From positions 256,001-320,000 of the forward strand of contig JAWXAQ010000016.1 in the NCBI GenBank assembly GCA_034439575.1: a DNA stretch of 64,000 nucleotides. The letters run 5' to 3'. The notes under the pieces were generated by a model. That model worked only from the letters and a program-made list of their open reading frames with translations. It did no database searches and had not been told where the DNA came from. The translations under genes were made by a program, and so were the position numbers. Position 1 is the stretch's first letter. Every line of letters starts with the position of its first letter. The stretch comes from Leptospira sp. (lineage in GTDB: Bacteria; Spirochaetota; Leptospiria; Leptospirales; Leptospiraceae). Positions 50,090-61,585 of the stretch are shown piece by piece.

Positions 50090-52345
50090 ATGGCATTTGA
50101 TATAGAAATGATTCAGGCTCGCTACAAGAAAATGGAAGCGGCGATTGCTGCGGCAAGAAAGGTAGTTGGACGACCCCTTACACTTACGGAAAAAATTCTT
50201 TACTCCCACCTTTGGGACGGAAACGCAAAACAAGCGTTTGATCGAGGTAAAGACTATGTAGATTTCGCACCTGACAGAGTTGCGATGCAAGATGCTACAG
50301 CCCAAATGGCTTTATTACAATTTATGCAAGCTGGTCGCAAAAAAGTTGCCGTTCCTTCAACGGTTCATTGTGACCATTTAATTACTGCTAAGGTGGAGTC
50401 AGGGAAAGACCTCGGTGTGGCCCTTGACGAAAACAAAGAAGTGTATGACTTCCTATCTTCTGTTTCTACAAAGTACGGCATAGGTTTTTGGAAACCTGGT
50501 GCTGGTATCATTCACCAAGTTGTTTTAGAAAACTATGCATTTCCTGGCGGGATGATGATCGGAACAGATTCTCATACGGTCAATGCTGGCGGACTTGGAA
50601 TGATTGCTATTGGTGTTGGTGGAGCTGACGCTTGTGATGTGATGGCTGGGCTTGCTTGGGAATTAAAATGGCCAAAAGCAATTGGTATCAAACTCACAGG
50701 TAAGTTAAATGGCTGGACTGCTGCTAAAGATGTGATCCTTAAAGTAGCTGGTATCCTTACTGTAAAAGGTGGAACAGGTGCTATTGTTGAATACTTTGGA
50801 CCAGGTGCAGAATCCCTATCTTGCACTGGCAAAGGAACCATTTGCAATATGGGTGCCGAAATTGGTGCGACAACATCTACCTTTGCTTATGATGCATCCA
50901 TGGAAAGATACCTTCGTTCCACTAACAGAGCTGATGTGGCAGACCTTGCCAATCAGTACAAAGAATATCTGACTGCAGACAAAGAAGTATACGCGGACCC
51001 ACAAAAATACTTTGATGAAGTCATCGAAATAAATCTTGATACACTTGAGCCATACGTTAACGGCCCTTTTACGCCAGACCTTGCAACTCCAATTTCAAAA
51101 TTGAAAGAAGAAGCGATCAAAAATGGCTGGCCTATGAAAGTGGAAGTTGGCCTTATCGGTTCTTGCACAAATTCTTCTTATGAAGATATCTCACGTGCGG
51201 CTTCCCTCGCCAAACAAGTAGCAGATAAAGGTTTAAAGACAAAGGCTGAATTTACGATCACTCCTGGCTCTGAACTAGTGCGTTATACGATCCAACGCGA
51301 TGGATTTATCGATACCTTCTATAAAATCGGTGCTAAGGTATTTTCCAATGCTTGTGGTCCTTGCATTGGGATGTGGTCACGGGTGGGTGCGGATAAAAAG
51401 GAAAAAAACACAATTGTTCATTCCTTTAATCGTAACTTCCAAGCGCGCCAAGACGGTAACCCAAACACATATGCATTTGTAGCTTCACCAGAACTCACAA
51501 CAGCTCTTGCGATTGCAGGAGATTTGGGCTTTAATCCGCTCACAGACTCACTTATCAATGAAAAGGGAGAGAGTGTGAAACTGGATCCACCTTCAGGGGA
51601 AGAGTTACCGAAAAAAGGATTTGCTGTGGAAGATGCAGGTTACCTTGCACCAGCGGCCGATGGTTCGGGTGTGCAAGTGATCGTTGATCCAAAATCAACT
51701 AGATTACAGCTTCTTGCTCCATTCCAAAAATGGGAAGGTTCAGATCTTAAAGGTTTGAAATTACTAATCAAAGCAAAGGGAAAGTGTACTACGGATCATA
51801 TTTCTATGGCAGGGCCTTGGTTGAAGTTTAGAGGTCATTTGGACAATATTTCCAATAACCTTTTGATTGGTGCCACAAACTTTGCCAATGGAAAACAAAA
51901 CGAAGTCAAAAACCAGCTAACAGGAAACTACGAACCAGTCCCACAAACCCAACGTGCCTATAAGGCGGCAGGAATTGGGTCCATTGTAGTGGGTGATGAA
52001 AATTATGGGGAAGGATCTTCTAGAGAACATGCCGCTATGGAACCAAGACATCTTGGTGTTCGTGCCGTTCTTGTGAAATCTTTCGCTCGTATTCACGAAA
52101 CAAACCTCAAAAAGCAAGGGATGTTGGCTTTGACATTTGCCAATAAAGAAGATTATGATAAAATCCAAGAAGATGATGTGATAGATATCATTGGACTGAC
52201 TTCTTTCGCAGAAGGTAAGCCTCTCACATTAGTTTTGAATCATAAAGATGGTAAAAAGGATGAAATCACTGTTAACCATACTTACAATGCACAGCAGATA
52301 GATTGGTTCAAAGCGGGGGCCGCATTGAACCTTATGAAAGCTTAA
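50090..52345 (+). CDS. acnA: Aconitate hydratase (mitochondrial-like type)
   Basis: Motifs [42 protein letters not shown] and [10 protein letters not shown]. The start at 50090 follows GAGG. Confidence 0.95.
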   Translation: MAFDIEMIQARYKKMEAAIAAARKVVGRPLTLTEKILYSHLWDGNAKQAFDRGKDYVDFAPDRVAMQDATAQMALLQFMQAGRKKVAVPSTVHCDHLITAKVESGKDLGVALDENKEVYDFLSSVSTKYGIGFWKPGAGIIHQVVLENYAFPGGMMIGTDSHTVNAGGLGMIAIGVGGADACDVMAGLAWELKWPKAIGIKLTGKLNGWTAAKDVILKVAGILTVKGGTGAIVEYFGPGAESLSCTGKGTICNMGAEIGATTSTFAYDASMERYLRSTNRADVADLANQYKEYLTADKEVYADPQKYFDEVIEINLDTLEPYVNGPFTPDLATPISKLKEEAIKNGWPMKVEVGLIGSCTNSSYEDISRAASLAKQVADKGLKTKAEFTITPGSELVRYTIQRDGFIDTFYKIGAKVFSNACGPCIGMWSRVGADKKEKNTIVHSFNRNFQARQDGNPNTYAFVASPELTTALAIAGDLGFNPLTDSLINEKGESVKLDPPSGEELPKKGFAVEDAGYLAPAADGSGVQVIVDPKSTRLQLLAPFQKWEGSDLKGLKLLIKAKGKCTTDHISMAGPWLKFRGHLDNISNNLLIGATNFANGKQNEVKNQLTGNYEPVPQTQRAYKAAGIGSIVVGDENYGEGSSREHAAMEPRHLGVRAVLVKSFARIHETNLKKQGMLALTFANKEDYDKIQEDDVIDIIGLTSFAEGKPLTLVLNHKDGKKDEITVNHTYNAQQIDWFKAGAALNLMKA

Positions 52346-52366
52346 AAAAACTCCAATTTCGACAAA

Positions 52367-52407
52367 CACTGGCTAGCTGAAACTCAAAGGCTAACCAGTG
52401 CTTTTTT
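52367..52407 (+). terminator. Rho-independent terminator after aconitase
   Basis: CACTGGCTAG...CTAACCAGTG stem (one mismatch) followed by a T run. Confidence 0.7.
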
Positions 52408-52416
52408 ATAAAACCT

Positions 52417-53613
52417 ATGCCCAAAGTATCTAATAATAAAATTCAAAAAAAAACTTCCATTTCCAAAACAAAAGCTAAAACCATAAATCCTCAATCAGAG
52501 GATCAAACAAATGTAGTATGGGTGAGTACCGGATCAAATCAAACCAAAGCGCAAAAAGAATTTAACGATGCTCTGGGTAAACACAAAGAAACCCAAAATA
52601 AAGTCAAAGAAGCGGAAGCTCTCTTTACTCTCGTCAATGAAAGATATCTGAAAGATGTCATCCCTGAAATTGAAAAACAAAAGAGTATGATCAAAAAAAG
52701 ATACACTCTTATGTTTGAGATTCTCACGGAAGAAAAATGTTCCTTATCTGTGACTCAAAGAGAGTTTATCCGTCGTTATCTGATGGAGAGTGCTTATGAA
52801 CTTCTTTCAGAGGACAATGCTTTTTATTTGGGACTGATCGAAGTACTTGAAACCAAAGCTGAAAAACAAGAACGCCTAGGAAACAAACGAAGAGCCGAAG
52901 CTCAAATTAAACAAAAGTTTGGTGTTGATATTGATCTTGATGAATTAAATCAAACAGAATTTGATAGTGAAGAAGAAAGACAAGCGCATGATGAAAAGTT
53001 TAGAGAATTTCGGGAGAAATTTGAAGAATATAGAAACAATCATTATGAAAAATTTGGCAGGGAAGACAGATCCCAAGAAAGAAAAAAATCCAAGGCACAA
53101 ATAGAAAAGGAAAAGAAAATATCGGAGGCAGAAAAGATGATAAGCCTTGATATCAATTCTCTTTTTAAAAGTCTTACAAAACTTATCCATCCAGATAAAG
53201 AATTGGATCCTGTACTTAGAGAAAAAAAATCTCAAATCATGCGAAATCTTTCGGGCGCTAGAGATAATATGAATATAGCTGAGATTTTAGAAATCAAAAT
53301 GCAAGTGGATGAGTTGATTCCTGATAACCAAACCGAAGTTTCATTTAATGACAAAACGATCAAACGATTTGTTTCTATCATTAAAACAAAAATTAAAGAA
53401 TTGGAAATGATGATTTCGAGAAGATTATTTTCGCATCCCTTATTAGAGTCCTATCCTGGTCGGAGTTTGAGTCCAGAATCGCTTAGAAAATATGTTGAAA
53501 AGATAGTAAACGACAATCGTTCCATTACGAAAGTGATCCAGATAGATGTGGAGAGGTTAGAACGTGACCCCAAGCACATTAAGAATATGATTCGTTCTTT
53601 GCAAGAATATTGA
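52417..53613 (+). CDS. Coiled-coil protein with a J-domain-like HPD motif
   Basis: KSLTKLIHPDKE in an otherwise charged helical protein. Confidence 0.65.
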   Translation: MPKVSNNKIQKKTSISKTKAKTINPQSEDQTNVVWVSTGSNQTKAQKEFNDALGKHKETQNKVKEAEALFTLVNERYLKDVIPEIEKQKSMIKKRYTLMFEILTEEKCSLSVTQREFIRRYLMESAYELLSEDNAFYLGLIEVLETKAEKQERLGNKRRAEAQIKQKFGVDIDLDELNQTEFDSEEERQAHDEKFREFREKFEEYRNNHYEKFGREDRSQERKKSKAQIEKEKKISEAEKMISLDINSLFKSLTKLIHPDKELDPVLREKKSQIMRNLSGARDNMNIAEILEIKMQVDELIPDNQTEVSFNDKTIKRFVSIIKTKIKELEMMISRRLFSHPLLESYPGRSLSPESLRKYVEKIVNDNRSITKVIQIDVERLERDPKHIKNMIRSLQEY

Positions 53614-53616
53614 TTT

Positions 53617-54315
53617 ATGCCTATCAAATCGTTTTTGAATCAAAGAGGAACGAATGTTAGTCGCAGTGGTCTTGGTAAAAATGGAAAGACATTCGAGTCA
53701 GATTATTGGACAGAAATATATGGGAGCGGACTTGACGTAGACGGCTCATACAATGCGAAACAACATGCTACTTACTTACATTCGTTACTTGCACTAATGG
53801 AGATTCCGATTTACAAAATTGCCGATTTTGGATTTGGGAAGGGTATTTTATTAAAAGAATTTGTCAGAACATTTGCACCTGTTAAAGTTTATGCTGTGGA
53901 TGCTTCCAAAGATGCATATCTTGAATTATTAAAAAAAGATTGGGTGAAAAAATCGGATAAATTTCAAGTATATCATTCCTCTTTAGAGGATTTTTCTTTG
54001 GCAAAATTGGAAAGGGAACCTGTAGAACTTGGCATTTGCAATTCCGTTTTACAGTATTTGCCGGACTCAGTTTTGCCCCAAGTGATAGAAAGGCTTGCCA
54101 AATATTGCAATTATTTGTATTTCACAGTCCCCACTAAGGCTGATTATGATTTGATGCGAAAAGAAATGAATTTTTCCGATCCCTATGCCTTCGAACGTAG
54201 CCAAAAAAAATACAGAAAATTACTTTCGAGGGATTTTGAAATCGTCAGTTACAATCTTTTGCAGAGCAAATGGCTCGGCGAAAAGGGGTTTCGTGAGGAG
54301 TTCTTTCGAGTTTAA
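53617..54315 (+). CDS. Class I SAM-dependent methyltransferase
   Basis: Motifs IADFGFGKG, YAVDAS and CNSVLQY. Confidence 0.8.
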   Translation: MPIKSFLNQRGTNVSRSGLGKNGKTFESDYWTEIYGSGLDVDGSYNAKQHATYLHSLLALMEIPIYKIADFGFGKGILLKEFVRTFAPVKVYAVDASKDAYLELLKKDWVKKSDKFQVYHSSLEDFSLAKLEREPVELGICNSVLQYLPDSVLPQVIERLAKYCNYLYFTVPTKADYDLMRKEMNFSDPYAFERSQKKYRKLLSRDFEIVSYNLLQSKWLGEKGFREEFFRV

Positions 54316-54381
54316 TCAGGTAAATTTCTTTACTATTTGAACTCATACCGGAGAATAAGAAAGGTATTTGGAATTCAAAAA

Positions 54382-57300
54382 ATGAAAAGGATTTTTATCT
54401 TAGGGACGATATTCATACAATTCGCGTGCGGGATTCCCTCCCTCACAAGAAACCCTCTAGAATTCTTTTCTCTCCTACGTATATTTGGTCGTTCCTCATC
54501 CACTCTTACTGAACATAGTTTAGGTGGTGCTGTATCTGGCTTACTCTCTGGAACTTCTGTGACTTTGACAAATAACCAGGAATCAGTAATTGTCAGCGCG
54601 GATGGGAATTTTACCTTTCCTACAAAACTTAAATCAGGTACTACCTACAGTGTCACATTGACAACAACTGCCACTAACCTAACATGCACACTTAGCAATG
54701 CCCAAGGGACAGTTCAAAGTTCTGACATTTCCAATGTGAGCGTGACTTGCGGTTGGGGAAATAACTACTATGAGGTGGGAGTCAATGTTTCAGGAATTAG
54801 CGGGACTATCACCGTTCAAAACAATGCTTCAAATTCTTTGAATATTTCTGCCAATGGTCTACATAAATTTTCCGAGCGAATTGCCACTGGATCGAGTTTT
54901 GCTGTGACCATATCTTCGCAACCAGTTGGGACCATATGTTCTTTTGATGAGCCGACATTAACCATAGGTAGTATCGCAACTTCTAATATTACTTTGTATA
55001 TAACCTGCGTTACTGGATACTTGGTTGGTGGAAATTTGCATCTCTCGGCAAGTTCCGATCTTGGCACAAATCTCATTTCTCGAAATGCGTATCTTAGGAC
55101 AAGGGTGGGTTCTTATCCACCTACCTCTTCGTCTGGTTTAGCTGTTCCCAGCGCAGGACCAACAGCTGCTCGGTTCAATAGCCCAGCTATGATCGCAACA
55201 GATTATAATTTTATTTATGTAGCCGATTCAGTAAACGCTGTCATTCGAAAAATCGACAAGTCTAACGGCACAACTACGATCCTCGCGGGAGGAGATACAG
55301 GTGGCGGAACCACTTGCCCTGGAGGCTCGACTGTAAATTGCAAAGATGGTGTTGAAACTGCCGCACAGTTCAATGGTATCGTCGGCCTTGCTACTAATGG
55401 GAATAATTTATATGTTTTGGAGTCAACTGGTAGAAGGATTAGAAAAGTAAATCTTACGAATGCGGTGGTTTCTACCTTTGCCGGAACTGGTTTTGCTGCC
55501 TCAGCGGACAATGCTTCTGGTATGCTTGCATCATTTAACAACCCTTCGTGGATCACGGTATTCAATGGAAACCTTTACGTAGTGGATCGTGGCAATTGTA
55601 CGATACGAGTTGTGAATCCTGTTACGACTGCTGTCACCACTCTTGCTGGTGGTCCGACACTTTGTAACTTTACAAATGATCCAATAGGAACAAACGCTCG
55701 TTTTGTTTCTCCGTTAGGCATTGTAGGTCTTGGTACTTACCTTTATGTAACTGATATAGGACCAGGGGGAGGACATAAAATTCGCCGTATCTCACTTAGC
55801 GGAACAAATGCGGTTGATACGATTGCTGGCGATGGTGTGCAAGCCTCAACTGATGGATTTGGCACAAATGCCCAGTTCAATGACCCCCACGGTATCACAA
55901 CAGATGGAACAAATTTATTTATTTCAGAATGGTCCGGACACAAAATTCGACATGTGCGTTTATCAGATAATAAAGTAACAACTTTAGTAGGCAGTGTTTC
56001 TGGTTATGAAGACAATACTTCCGGGAATGGTCTTTTGAATTTTCCGGGTTATATTTTGTCTGATGGAGTGAATATTTATATTTCCGACACAGGCAATCAT
56101 TCCATCCGTTACCTTGAGCATTCCGAAATTCTTCGTTATACGTTTGATGGAGATTCAAATGATTCTATCGGAACTAACCACGGTTTATTGACAGGTTCCC
56201 CGACGACAACTACGGATGAAAACGGAAATGCCAGTGGTGCGTATGAATTTGATGGCAGTACCCAATACATCCAATCAACATCCAACATATCTCCTGTGAT
56301 TACAGACAACCTAACAATTTCTGCTTGGGTTTATCCTGCGGGTGTTTCAGGAAGCCAATTTCTTTTTTATAATGGACAAGGTGGCGCCAATGGCTACGGA
56401 GTTATTTTCAATGGTAGTAATCGAACTATCAATATATCCTTAGGTGGTGTGGCGGCTAGTGGAAATTCAACCATGATGTTACCTTTAAACCAATGGTCTC
56501 ATATAGTCCTTACACGAAAGGCTACGAACTGGCAAGTTTTTATAAATGGCAAAAGTGATTCACTAGTTTTTTCACTAGCACCAATTGCTCCAGCTAGTAC
56601 TTTCAAAGTGGCTGATGCAGGAAATGGTTTTTATTTCAAAGGTAAAATCTCTGATGTGCGTTTTCTAAATGGTGCACTAGACAATGATGCGATCCAAAAA
56701 CTTGCCATCCAAGTTCCGTCTGGCCTTATCTCCTATTTCCCGTTAAATGGCAATTCTAAAGATTATGGAAATTATCTAAATCATTTGACCGTATCTGGTG
56801 CTACTACAACGACAGATAGAAATGGTCACGCCAATGGTGCCTACAATTTTAATGGTGGCGCCTTTATGCAAAAATTAAATCCGAGTGGTTTGCCGACGGG
56901 AAGCAGCCCACGTACGAATTGTGTTTGGTTTAGAACGACAAACACTGTTGGTCAATATTTAGTGGGTTACGGCCTTATGAACCCACCTGCTGGTCTTGGC
57001 AATGGACTTGTGATCACCTCAACTGTCACTGGCAATTTTGGTGTCACAGACGATGCCAATGTCTTTCATGAGGAATTCATAAATCAGTGGATGCACCTTT
57101 GTGGAATTTACGATTCTACGACAGCCTATGTCTATGAGAATGGAGTGTTGCGTCATTCCGAACCTAAAACTTGGTCAACGGCCACGAGTCCAAATTTAGA
57201 AGTGGGAAGACTCATCAATGGAACGGGGAATTTTTTTGGTGATATCGACGATGTGCGAATTTACAATCGTGCATTATCTGTCTCTGAAATGAAAGCTTTA

Positions 57301-58086
57301 GCTGGGCATTACCCGACACAAGTCAGTAGCTGGAACCAAACACTCGCTAGCAGTAGTTTGAAGTTTTTTCTTATGCCACAAGCCACTACTTATAGTGGTG
57401 GCCTTTGTAGTGGAGGAGTCAATTGTGTTAGTGCTTGGAATGATAGAAGTGGCAGCGGTTATAATGTTAGTCAAGGTTTAGGTACTTCACAGCCATTTTA
57501 TAATGCGACTGGAATCAATGGTTCACCTGCTGTGCGTTTTGTGGGCACTGTAGTAACTCCAGCATATATGACGAAAGTATGTGAGCCAGCTCTTAATTCA
57601 ACTTCCAATTCAATTTTTGCTGTTCTGCGAGAAGTAGATGTCACTGGCAATAATGGAATTTTCCAAAATGGAGCTCAGACATCAGGAAAACTAGTTTACT
57701 TCCCTGATGCCGGCGGTAACAGGCTAAGTTTAATGGATCGTCAAATTGCTGCAGATAAATTAATTACAACTGGAGCCTTTAACATTTCGAATGAAGAGGT
57801 TATAATGGCTTTGAACTTTAATGGTACAAGTGGAAATATTTATAAGAGTGGTTCTTTAGTCGGATCCAATAGTTTCGCTGGTATAGCTTATAATTGTAGC
57901 GGAGGGGATTTACATATCGGTCGCAAATATAATGGTGGGATCTTCCCTTTTGATGGAGATTATTTCGAAGGATTCATCGGTGACTTTCTTTACTTCGACC
58001 AAGTTCTTTCTGCTAGTGATCGCCAAATTGTAGAATGTTATTTATCCAATAAATATAATATCCCTGTCGGACATACTTGTCCCTAA
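54382..58086 (+). CDS. Large surface lipoprotein: Ig-like repeats, NHL beta-propeller, LamG/lectin-like domains
   Basis: Leader ending QFAC; two Cys-bounded beta repeats; NHL motifs (ARFNSP, YVAD...IRKI, AQFNDPHGI); LamG motifs (TISAWV, WSHIV, GDIDDVRIYNRALS). The start was moved to 54382. Confidence 0.85.
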   Translation: MKRIFILGTIFIQFACGIPSLTRNPLEFFSLLRIFGRSSSTLTEHSLGGAVSGLLSGTSVTLTNNQESVIVSADGNFTFPTKLKSGTTYSVTLTTTATNLTCTLSNAQGTVQSSDISNVSVTCGWGNNYYEVGVNVSGISGTITVQNNASNSLNISANGLHKFSERIATGSSFAVTISSQPVGTICSFDEPTLTIGSIATSNITLYITCVTGYLVGGNLHLSASSDLGTNLISRNAYLRTRVGSYPPTSSSGLAVPSAGPTAARFNSPAMIATDYNFIYVADSVNAVIRKIDKSNGTTTILAGGDTGGGTTCPGGSTVNCKDGVETAAQFNGIVGLATNGNNLYVLESTGRRIRKVNLTNAVVSTFAGTGFAASADNASGMLASFNNPSWITVFNGNLYVVDRGNCTIRVVNPVTTAVTTLAGGPTLCNFTNDPIGTNARFVSPLGIVGLGTYLYVTDIGPGGGHKIRRISLSGTNAVDTIAGDGVQASTDGFGTNAQFNDPHGITTDGTNLFISEWSGHKIRHVRLSDNKVTTLVGSVSGYEDNTSGNGLLNFPGYILSDGVNIYISDTGNHSIRYLEHSEILRYTFDGDSNDSIGTNHGLLTGSPTTTTDENGNASGAYEFDGSTQYIQSTSNISPVITDNLTISAWVYPAGVSGSQFLFYNGQGGANGYGVIFNGSNRTINISLGGVAASGNSTMMLPLNQWSHIVLTRKATNWQVFINGKSDSLVFSLAPIAPASTFKVADAGNGFYFKGKISDVRFLNGALDNDAIQKLAIQVPSGLISYFPLNGNSKDYGNYLNHLTVSGATTTTDRNGHANGAYNFNGGAFMQKLNPSGLPTGSSPRTNCVWFRTTNTVGQYLVGYGLMNPPAGLGNGLVITSTVTGNFGVTDDANVFHEEFINQWMHLCGIYDSTTAYVYENGVLRHSEPKTWSTATSPNLEVGRLINGTGNFFGDIDDVRIYNRALSVSEMKALAGHYPTQVSSWNQTLASSSLKFFLMPQATTYSGGLCSGGVNCVSAWNDRSGSGYNVSQGLGTSQPFYNATGINGSPAVRFVGTVVTPAYMTKVCEPALNSTSNSIFAVLREVDVTGNNGIFQNGAQTSGKLVYFPDAGGNRLSLMDRQIAADKLITTGAFNISNEEVIMALNFNGTSGNIYKSGSLVGSNSFAGIAYNCSGGDLHIGRKYNGGIFPFDGDYFEGFIGDFLYFDQVLSASDRQIVECYLSNKYNIPVGHTCP

Positions 58087-58135
58087 ATTGAAATCGAATT
58101 CTGTTGTCTAAATATTTCATTATCTGGTTCTCAAT

Positions 58136-58789
58136 TTGGAAATAATTAAATCTTATTTATCGCTAGATTTTATAATATTCGAAATTTTGAATTACCCTGT
58201 CAGCTTACTTGAATTTATTGGGATCATATCTGGTCTCATTTGTGTGTACACTGCCGCCAAAAATCAAATCATCACATGGCCAATTGGTATAATAAATTCT
58301 GTATGTTTTTTATTTTTATTTTACCAAGTACAATTGTACTCGGATATGATATTGCAGATTTACTTTTTCGCTTCGAGCATTTATGGATGGATTTTTTGGC
58401 AAAAAAGAAAGGGGAAAGAGATTCCGATCACAAGTGCTTCACAAAAAGTATTTATTTATTTAATATTAATTATTATTATTTCAAGTTATCTGTTAGGTGA
58501 ATTTACTCTTAGACTTCCTATTTTCTTTCCTGTTTACTTTCCATTGCCTCCAGCGTTTCCTTACTTTGATGCCTTCACAACCACTGCAAGTGTCGTCGCA
58601 AATTTTTTACTCGCAAGACGTATATTGCAAGCATGGTATCTATGGGTAGCCGTGGATGTGGTTTGTATTGTTATTTATTTTATGAAGGGAATTGATCTGA
58701 TCGCTATAGAATATATTGTGTTTTTGATGATTGCCATCCAAGGCATTCGACATTGGAATGCGGAGTTTAAGCTCCAGCATTCCGTTTGA
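58136..58789 (+). CDS. pnuC: Nicotinamide riboside transporter PnuC family
   Basis: Motifs WPIGIIN, LYSDMILQ, YGW, DAFTT and WYLWVAVD. Confidence 0.9.
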   Translation: MEIIKSYLSLDFIIFEILNYPVSLLEFIGIISGLICVYTAAKNQIITWPIGIINSVCFLFLFYQVQLYSDMILQIYFFASSIYGWIFWQKRKGKEIPITSASQKVFIYLILIIIISSYLLGEFTLRLPIFFPVYFPLPPAFPYFDAFTTTASVVANFLLARRILQAWYLWVAVDVVCIVIYFMKGIDLIAIEYIVFLMIAIQGIRHWNAEFKLQHSV

Positions 58790-59105
58790 TTTTGTCGGCC
58801 ACAAAAGCTTTGTAAGCTGGTGAACCAAAACTAACATCCATACGAATGATTTCAGGCGCAATGTATGGATGTTTTTTCATTATGTAGTCTTCGATAGCTG
58901 CGTAATGAGTGGCATCTGCTTTGAGTAAAATTTTATTTTCTGTATCAACGGTAATTTTTCCATCCCACATATAAACAAGTTCTACTTCGGGGAAAATAGT
59001 CCCCGATTTAATGATTCCTTGTTCTAACATTTCAGAGATATGCTCTTCGGCCATATCCCTGTCTCCAATTGTCGTAAAAACTAAAATCTCTTCCGATGAT
59101 GCCAT
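58767..59105 (-). CDS. cutA: Divalent-cation tolerance protein CutA
   Basis: Motifs YMWDGKI...E and HPYIAPEII. Confidence 0.85.
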   Translation of the reverse strand: MASSEEILVFTTIGDRDMAEEHISEMLEQGIIKSGTIFPEVELVYMWDGKITVDTENKILLKADATHYAAIEDYIMKKHPYIAPEIIRMDVSFGSPAYKAFVADKIKRNAGA

Positions 59106-59123
59106 TTAAATTTGCTCCGTAAT

Positions 59124-61571
59124 TTAGTTCTTTGAAAAACTAAATTCTAAATCCTCTCCAAGTTCACTCACTCCCTGCAATCGTACAAGTGAATTTCCAG
59201 GTACATCTTTTTGCAAATCGAGTTGCATCCCATTGGTTCGGATACCACTGCTACCAGGAGTCCAAGTGCCCGCATAAGTTTTAGTGACTTTATCATTAAT
59301 TTTTAAGTTAGCTTTGAAATCTTGATTGGCACCAGTCACCTCTAAGCTAAGTTTTTGTGGGCCTGATTTGGGATTCCAATATACACCCGACCAATTCCCG
59401 ATAAAATCTTTTGGCAATTCGGCGAGGCTAAAGGCCCTCTTTTTCACTTTATTTTGTTCTGGGTTTAAAAAAACGGAAACTAAGTTAGAGTCTTTGGATT
59501 CAGCACCAAACTCTGATTTGGAGCGAACACTATAAAGATAAAGATCCCCAGCACTGCCTGGGAAATTTTCAGAATAAGTAGTTTGTATACCAGGAACAGA
59601 ATTTACGAAATCGAATTTCTTTGCCGTTGCACCTGATTTTGATTTCATTAGTTTGCGATACACATAGTATTCGTTAGAGTCTTTGACCGCTTTCCACTTA
59701 AGTTTGATTTTATTGTCTTTGGAATTGATCTCAGAACTTAAATTAGCTGGAGGTGCCAAGGTTTTTCCTGCAGCACGTTTAGCTAATTCGGGATCAACAC
59801 TTCCTACAACATAGTCGCTCTGTTCAGAATATCCAGCTGTATTGTACGCATACAATGTATAGGAAAAGTAACCACCCTTTAAGACTTTAGGATCTTTATC
59901 TTCATAACTAGAACCAGATACGGTAAATTCTTTAGATAGTTCCGCATTTTCATCAAATCTAAAAACATAATAACCTGTGGCGCCAGGAACCTGAGTCCAA
60001 CTGATCACAATTTTATCTGGGTATTCACCATCTGATGCATGTAAGTCGGATACTTGGCCGGAAGGGGCTAATTCTGCTTCCTCAGAACCAATATCAATGC
60101 CGAAACTTTCACTCCATGCTCCTAGTTTTCGATTACTAGAAACTGCTCTAACCCGGTATGTGTTAGTTGCCTCTTTTGAGGGAGAGCTGTCCGTATAAGA
60201 AGGGCTGGAAACATTCCCTAGAATTTTCCATTTGCCACCGGATGTTGCTTTAGAAACTGAATAATTGGAGATACCATCAATTTCTGACCAAGTGATTGTC
60301 ACCTTTGCTTGGTTACCCTCTAAAGAAGTAGATCCATGAATTCCTACGACTTGCGGTGGGTTAGCATCAAAATTTACCTTAGCCAAGGTATAACCTTCCA
60401 CTTCCTTCGAAGCCCCGGAACTTTCTTCATTCGACATAGAGATGACGCGATAAAAATAAGTAGTACTTGGCGTTACGTTGGTGTCGATAAAGGAAGTTGT
60501 ATTTGAATAGGCGATATCAGTAAAATTTTTCTCTTCTTCGTCTCTTCTTTGGATTTGGTAATTGATGGCACCGGCACTCGCTTCCCAATTGAGAGTAATT
60601 TTTATATCAGATTCTCCTCTGGACGCATTTACATTATTAGGTGGAGAAAGAGGCTTCACCACAACATTGTTTGTATTGGGAGTGTTATTGATTTTTGTAT
60701 CATCAATTAATGCATAGGCTTCCTGACCAACGCTTGCGAGCATTCCGTAAGACAACCAACCAAAACCTTTATCGCCCCAACGATCTCCCCAGGAGTTTTG
60801 AAATTTGAAAGCACCTTGGTGGCCTTTTTTTGATTTTTTATTATCATCATAACCAACAATCGTCATGGCATGACCACCATAACTTTTTCCACCTGCTTGG
60901 TCATAAATTTCGGATCCTTTTACTTTATAGAAGGCATCATCTATTACGATTCCAAAAAGGACAACGTTTCCGCCAGCTAATACGCGCTTGATATCATCTG
61001 GTTTTTTAATATTCAGTCGAGAATAAGATTTAATTCGATAATTCATCGCTTCCTGTTTGGCGGAAGCAGAAGGTTGGGATCTATAATCCTTATCCGAGTA
61101 GGGCATACTACTCCAAGGTACAACTCCACTTTTTTGGAGGAAGTCCATGGTTTTGTAATAGTATAATCCTTCGTCTTTTCCTCCGTTTTGTTGGTTATAA
61201 ATAAAAGCGGGAGAAAATACATTTTTACCATTGCCGCCAGCAAAAGGAGGATCATAACTGGAAAATTTCCCGCCACTTTTTGCCAAATAAGATTTGATCG
61301 CATAACCAGAAGCCCAGGCCACACAACTGTTTTGTTGGCCTTGGTTTCCTACAGGTGGCATTTTGGAAGAAAGATCCACACTTGAGGGTAGGTCCTCAAA
61401 GCTATTAAAATCGCGTTTGAGTGGGATGGTATCTTGAATTTCTTTAGGAGCAGGCTGGTAACCACAGTTAAACGTATCAGGTTTGCAATTTTTTGACCGA
61501 ACAGAATTTGGATCAAACTCTTGGGCTATAAGTGGACTAAAAGTGAGAAGGGCAATAAGTAAAAGCTTCAT
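59124..61571 (-). CDS. Secreted C1 (papain-like) cysteine peptidase with fibronectin type III repeats
   Basis: Signal peptide; QGQQNSCVAWA, GGHAM and QNSWG; about four FN3-like units. The start may instead be 61589. Confidence 0.9.
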   Translation of the reverse strand: MKLLLIALLTFSPLIAQEFDPNSVRSKNCKPDTFNCGYQPAPKEIQDTIPLKRDFNSFEDLPSSVDLSSKMPPVGNQGQQNSCVAWASGYAIKSYLAKSGGKFSSYDPPFAGGNGKNVFSPAFIYNQQNGGKDEGLYYYKTMDFLQKSGVVPWSSMPYSDKDYRSQPSASAKQEAMNYRIKSYSRLNIKKPDDIKRVLAGGNVVLFGIVIDDAFYKVKGSEIYDQAGGKSYGGHAMTIVGYDDNKKSKKGHQGAFKFQNSWGDRWGDKGFGWLSYGMLASVGQEAYALIDDTKINNTPNTNNVVVKPLSPPNNVNASRGESDIKITLNWEASAGAINYQIQRRDEEEKNFTDIAYSNTTSFIDTNVTPSTTYFYRVISMSNEESSGASKEVEGYTLAKVNFDANPPQVVGIHGSTSLEGNQAKVTITWSEIDGISNYSVSKATSGGKWKILGNVSSPSYTDSSPSKEATNTYRVRAVSSNRKLGAWSESFGIDIGSEEAELAPSGQVSDLHASDGEYPDKIVISWTQVPGATGYYVFRFDENAELSKEFTVSGSSYEDKDPKVLKGGYFSYTLYAYNTAGYSEQSDYVVGSVDPELAKRAAGKTLAPPANLSSEINSKDNKIKLKWKAVKDSNEYYVYRKLMKSKSGATAKKFDFVNSVPGIQTTYSENFPGSAGDLYLYSVRSKSEFGAESKDSNLVSVFLNPEQNKVKKRAFSLAELPKDFIGNWSGVYWNPKSGPQKLSLEVTGANQDFKANLKINDKVTKTYAGTWTPGSSGIRTNGMQLDLQKDVPGNSLVRLQGVSELGEDLEFSFSKN

Positions 61572-61585
61572 TGGTTTGCGGTGTT

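Noticed and set aside
50090-52345. Mitochondrial-like aconitase as recent eukaryote-to-bacterium transfer
   Set aside because: This subtype is known in several bacterial phyla, and the codon usage fits a native, highly expressed gene.
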